This document shows positions 63,147 through 64,000 of a DNA stretch of 64,000 bases, piece after piece. Position numbers and translations under genes: made by a program. The stretch spans positions 5,208,001-5,272,000 of the forward strand of contig JBITNC010000002.1 of assembly GCA_050084985.1 (NCBI GenBank). The letters run 5' to 3'. Numbering within the stretch: the first letter of the stretch is position 1; each line of letters begins with the position of its first letter. A model generated the notes under the pieces. It had not been told where the DNA came from and did no database searches. It was given only the letters and a program-made list of their open reading frames with translations. This DNA is from Nageia nagi (taxonomy: Eukaryota > Plantae > Pinophyta).

Positions 63147-64000
63147 CTAATCTAATGCCGCCTTGTTCCGCCATCCATTTGATGGTCTAGGTATAGCATC
63201 AAACAGAGGTCTGGACACAGCAGATGTCAAAATACTCTGACTGTCACCTTTTGTTGCCGACCTAGAGACTGATTTTAGTGGAGATATCATTGCAGAATCT
63301 TGCAAACTTGGGGTGCTTGACGATCTCCTCACCTTAGATAACAAATCGTGCCCAGCCTTTCCATTACCAGAGCTATCCCCAAACCCCTTCATCACACCAA
63401 CTCCAATGACAAGCACATCAGCCATATTAGGGTCGCTTATCGTGAACGGATTATCATTGGCACCTGTTACATCACTTGAGATAGAAACTCTACCAGCAGA
63501 TTTTGGTCTCAAAGACAGGCCATTTCCACCCCTCCCAGTTAAGCTAGCTTCCTGTTTGAATACATTTTCAGTGACACCTGGTAAGAAATCTGTGCCTTCA
63601 ACCTTGGCTCGCCTTCTAACTGAGCTTTCAGTTGTTTTCTCAGTTTCAGTTGAACTTGTATCTGCAACAAGTTCCATCTTATGAAGGCCATTTGTTTTTG
63701 TTAAGTTGTCATATGTTAAGTCTTGCTCAGCCTTCATCAGTAAATCTCCATTGTAGAATTTTTTATACATCCTATTTACATCTTCAATTTGGCCATTAGC
63801 ATATGTTTGAGGTGGAGTGGATGGTGGATCTCCTGTGGGGAGAATATTGTCTGTTTTATACACAGTCATCTCTGTCCCTTCATCTCCCTCGCTCTTACTT
63901 GGTGAAAGCCCATAATAACCTCTTAAGAGACCCATCGCAACAGAAACTGGTCTACTATCAGATTTCTTTGTCCCAGGAACATAGACAGAGTCAGAAGACC
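63147..64000 (-). CDS. 3' coding region of an uncharacterised Ser/Thr-rich protein; the frame stays open to the window edge
   Basis: 262-aa ORF plus an open upstream extension SSDSVYVPGTKKSDSRPVSVA; gene-like GC content; C-terminus RRSSSTPSL...RPLFDAIPRPSNGWRNKAALD. Family not recognised. Confidence 0.8.
   Translation of the reverse strand, partial: SSDSVYVPGTKKSDSRPVSVAMGLLRGYYGLSPSKSEGDEGTEMTVYKTDNILPTGDPPSTPPQTYANGQIEDVNRMYKKFYNGDLLMKAEQDLTYDNLTKTNGLHKMELVADTSSTETEKTTESSVRRRAKVEGTDFLPGVTENVFKQEASLTGRGGNGLSLRPKSAGRVSISSDVTGANDNPFTISDPNMADVLVIGVGVMKGFGDSSGNGKAGHDLLSKVRRSSSTPSLQDSAMISPLKSVSRSATKGDSQSILTSAVSRPLFDAIPRPSNGWRNKAALD

Noticed and set aside
63313-63684. 123-aa plus-strand ORF
   Set aside because: Antisense shadow of the longer minus-strand CDS.

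Overview
Plant nuclear DNA, AT-rich, TE-dominated and strongly CpG-depleted in the repeats; a gymnosperm/conifer origin is inferred from the style of the repeats and is not proven. It holds one complete gene, an intronless G-type lectin S-domain (SD-2, non-RD) receptor-like kinase at 24692-27124 with a W-box cluster upstream, plus the 3' part of an uncharacterised gene that runs off the right edge. The rest is nested, decayed mobile DNA and gene debris: several Gypsy remnants, three probable solo LTRs, a Copia element, L1-type LINEs (one with an extra 3' ORF), PPR, WAKL and F-box/kelch fragments, a tandem duplication, and a ~1.75-kb inverted repeat bracketing the kinase gene. The main discovery is an 8.4-kb CACTA (En/Spm) element at 12710-21131. 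Besides a decayed Tnp2-type transposase it carries (i) a frameshifted SET-domain (lysine methyltransferase-like) gene that the ORF track misses and (ii) inward-facing degenerate telomere-repeat arrays inside both ends, with no recognisable TnpA gene. All calls are from manual reading and translation; no searches were run, and most boundaries of decayed elements are approximate.
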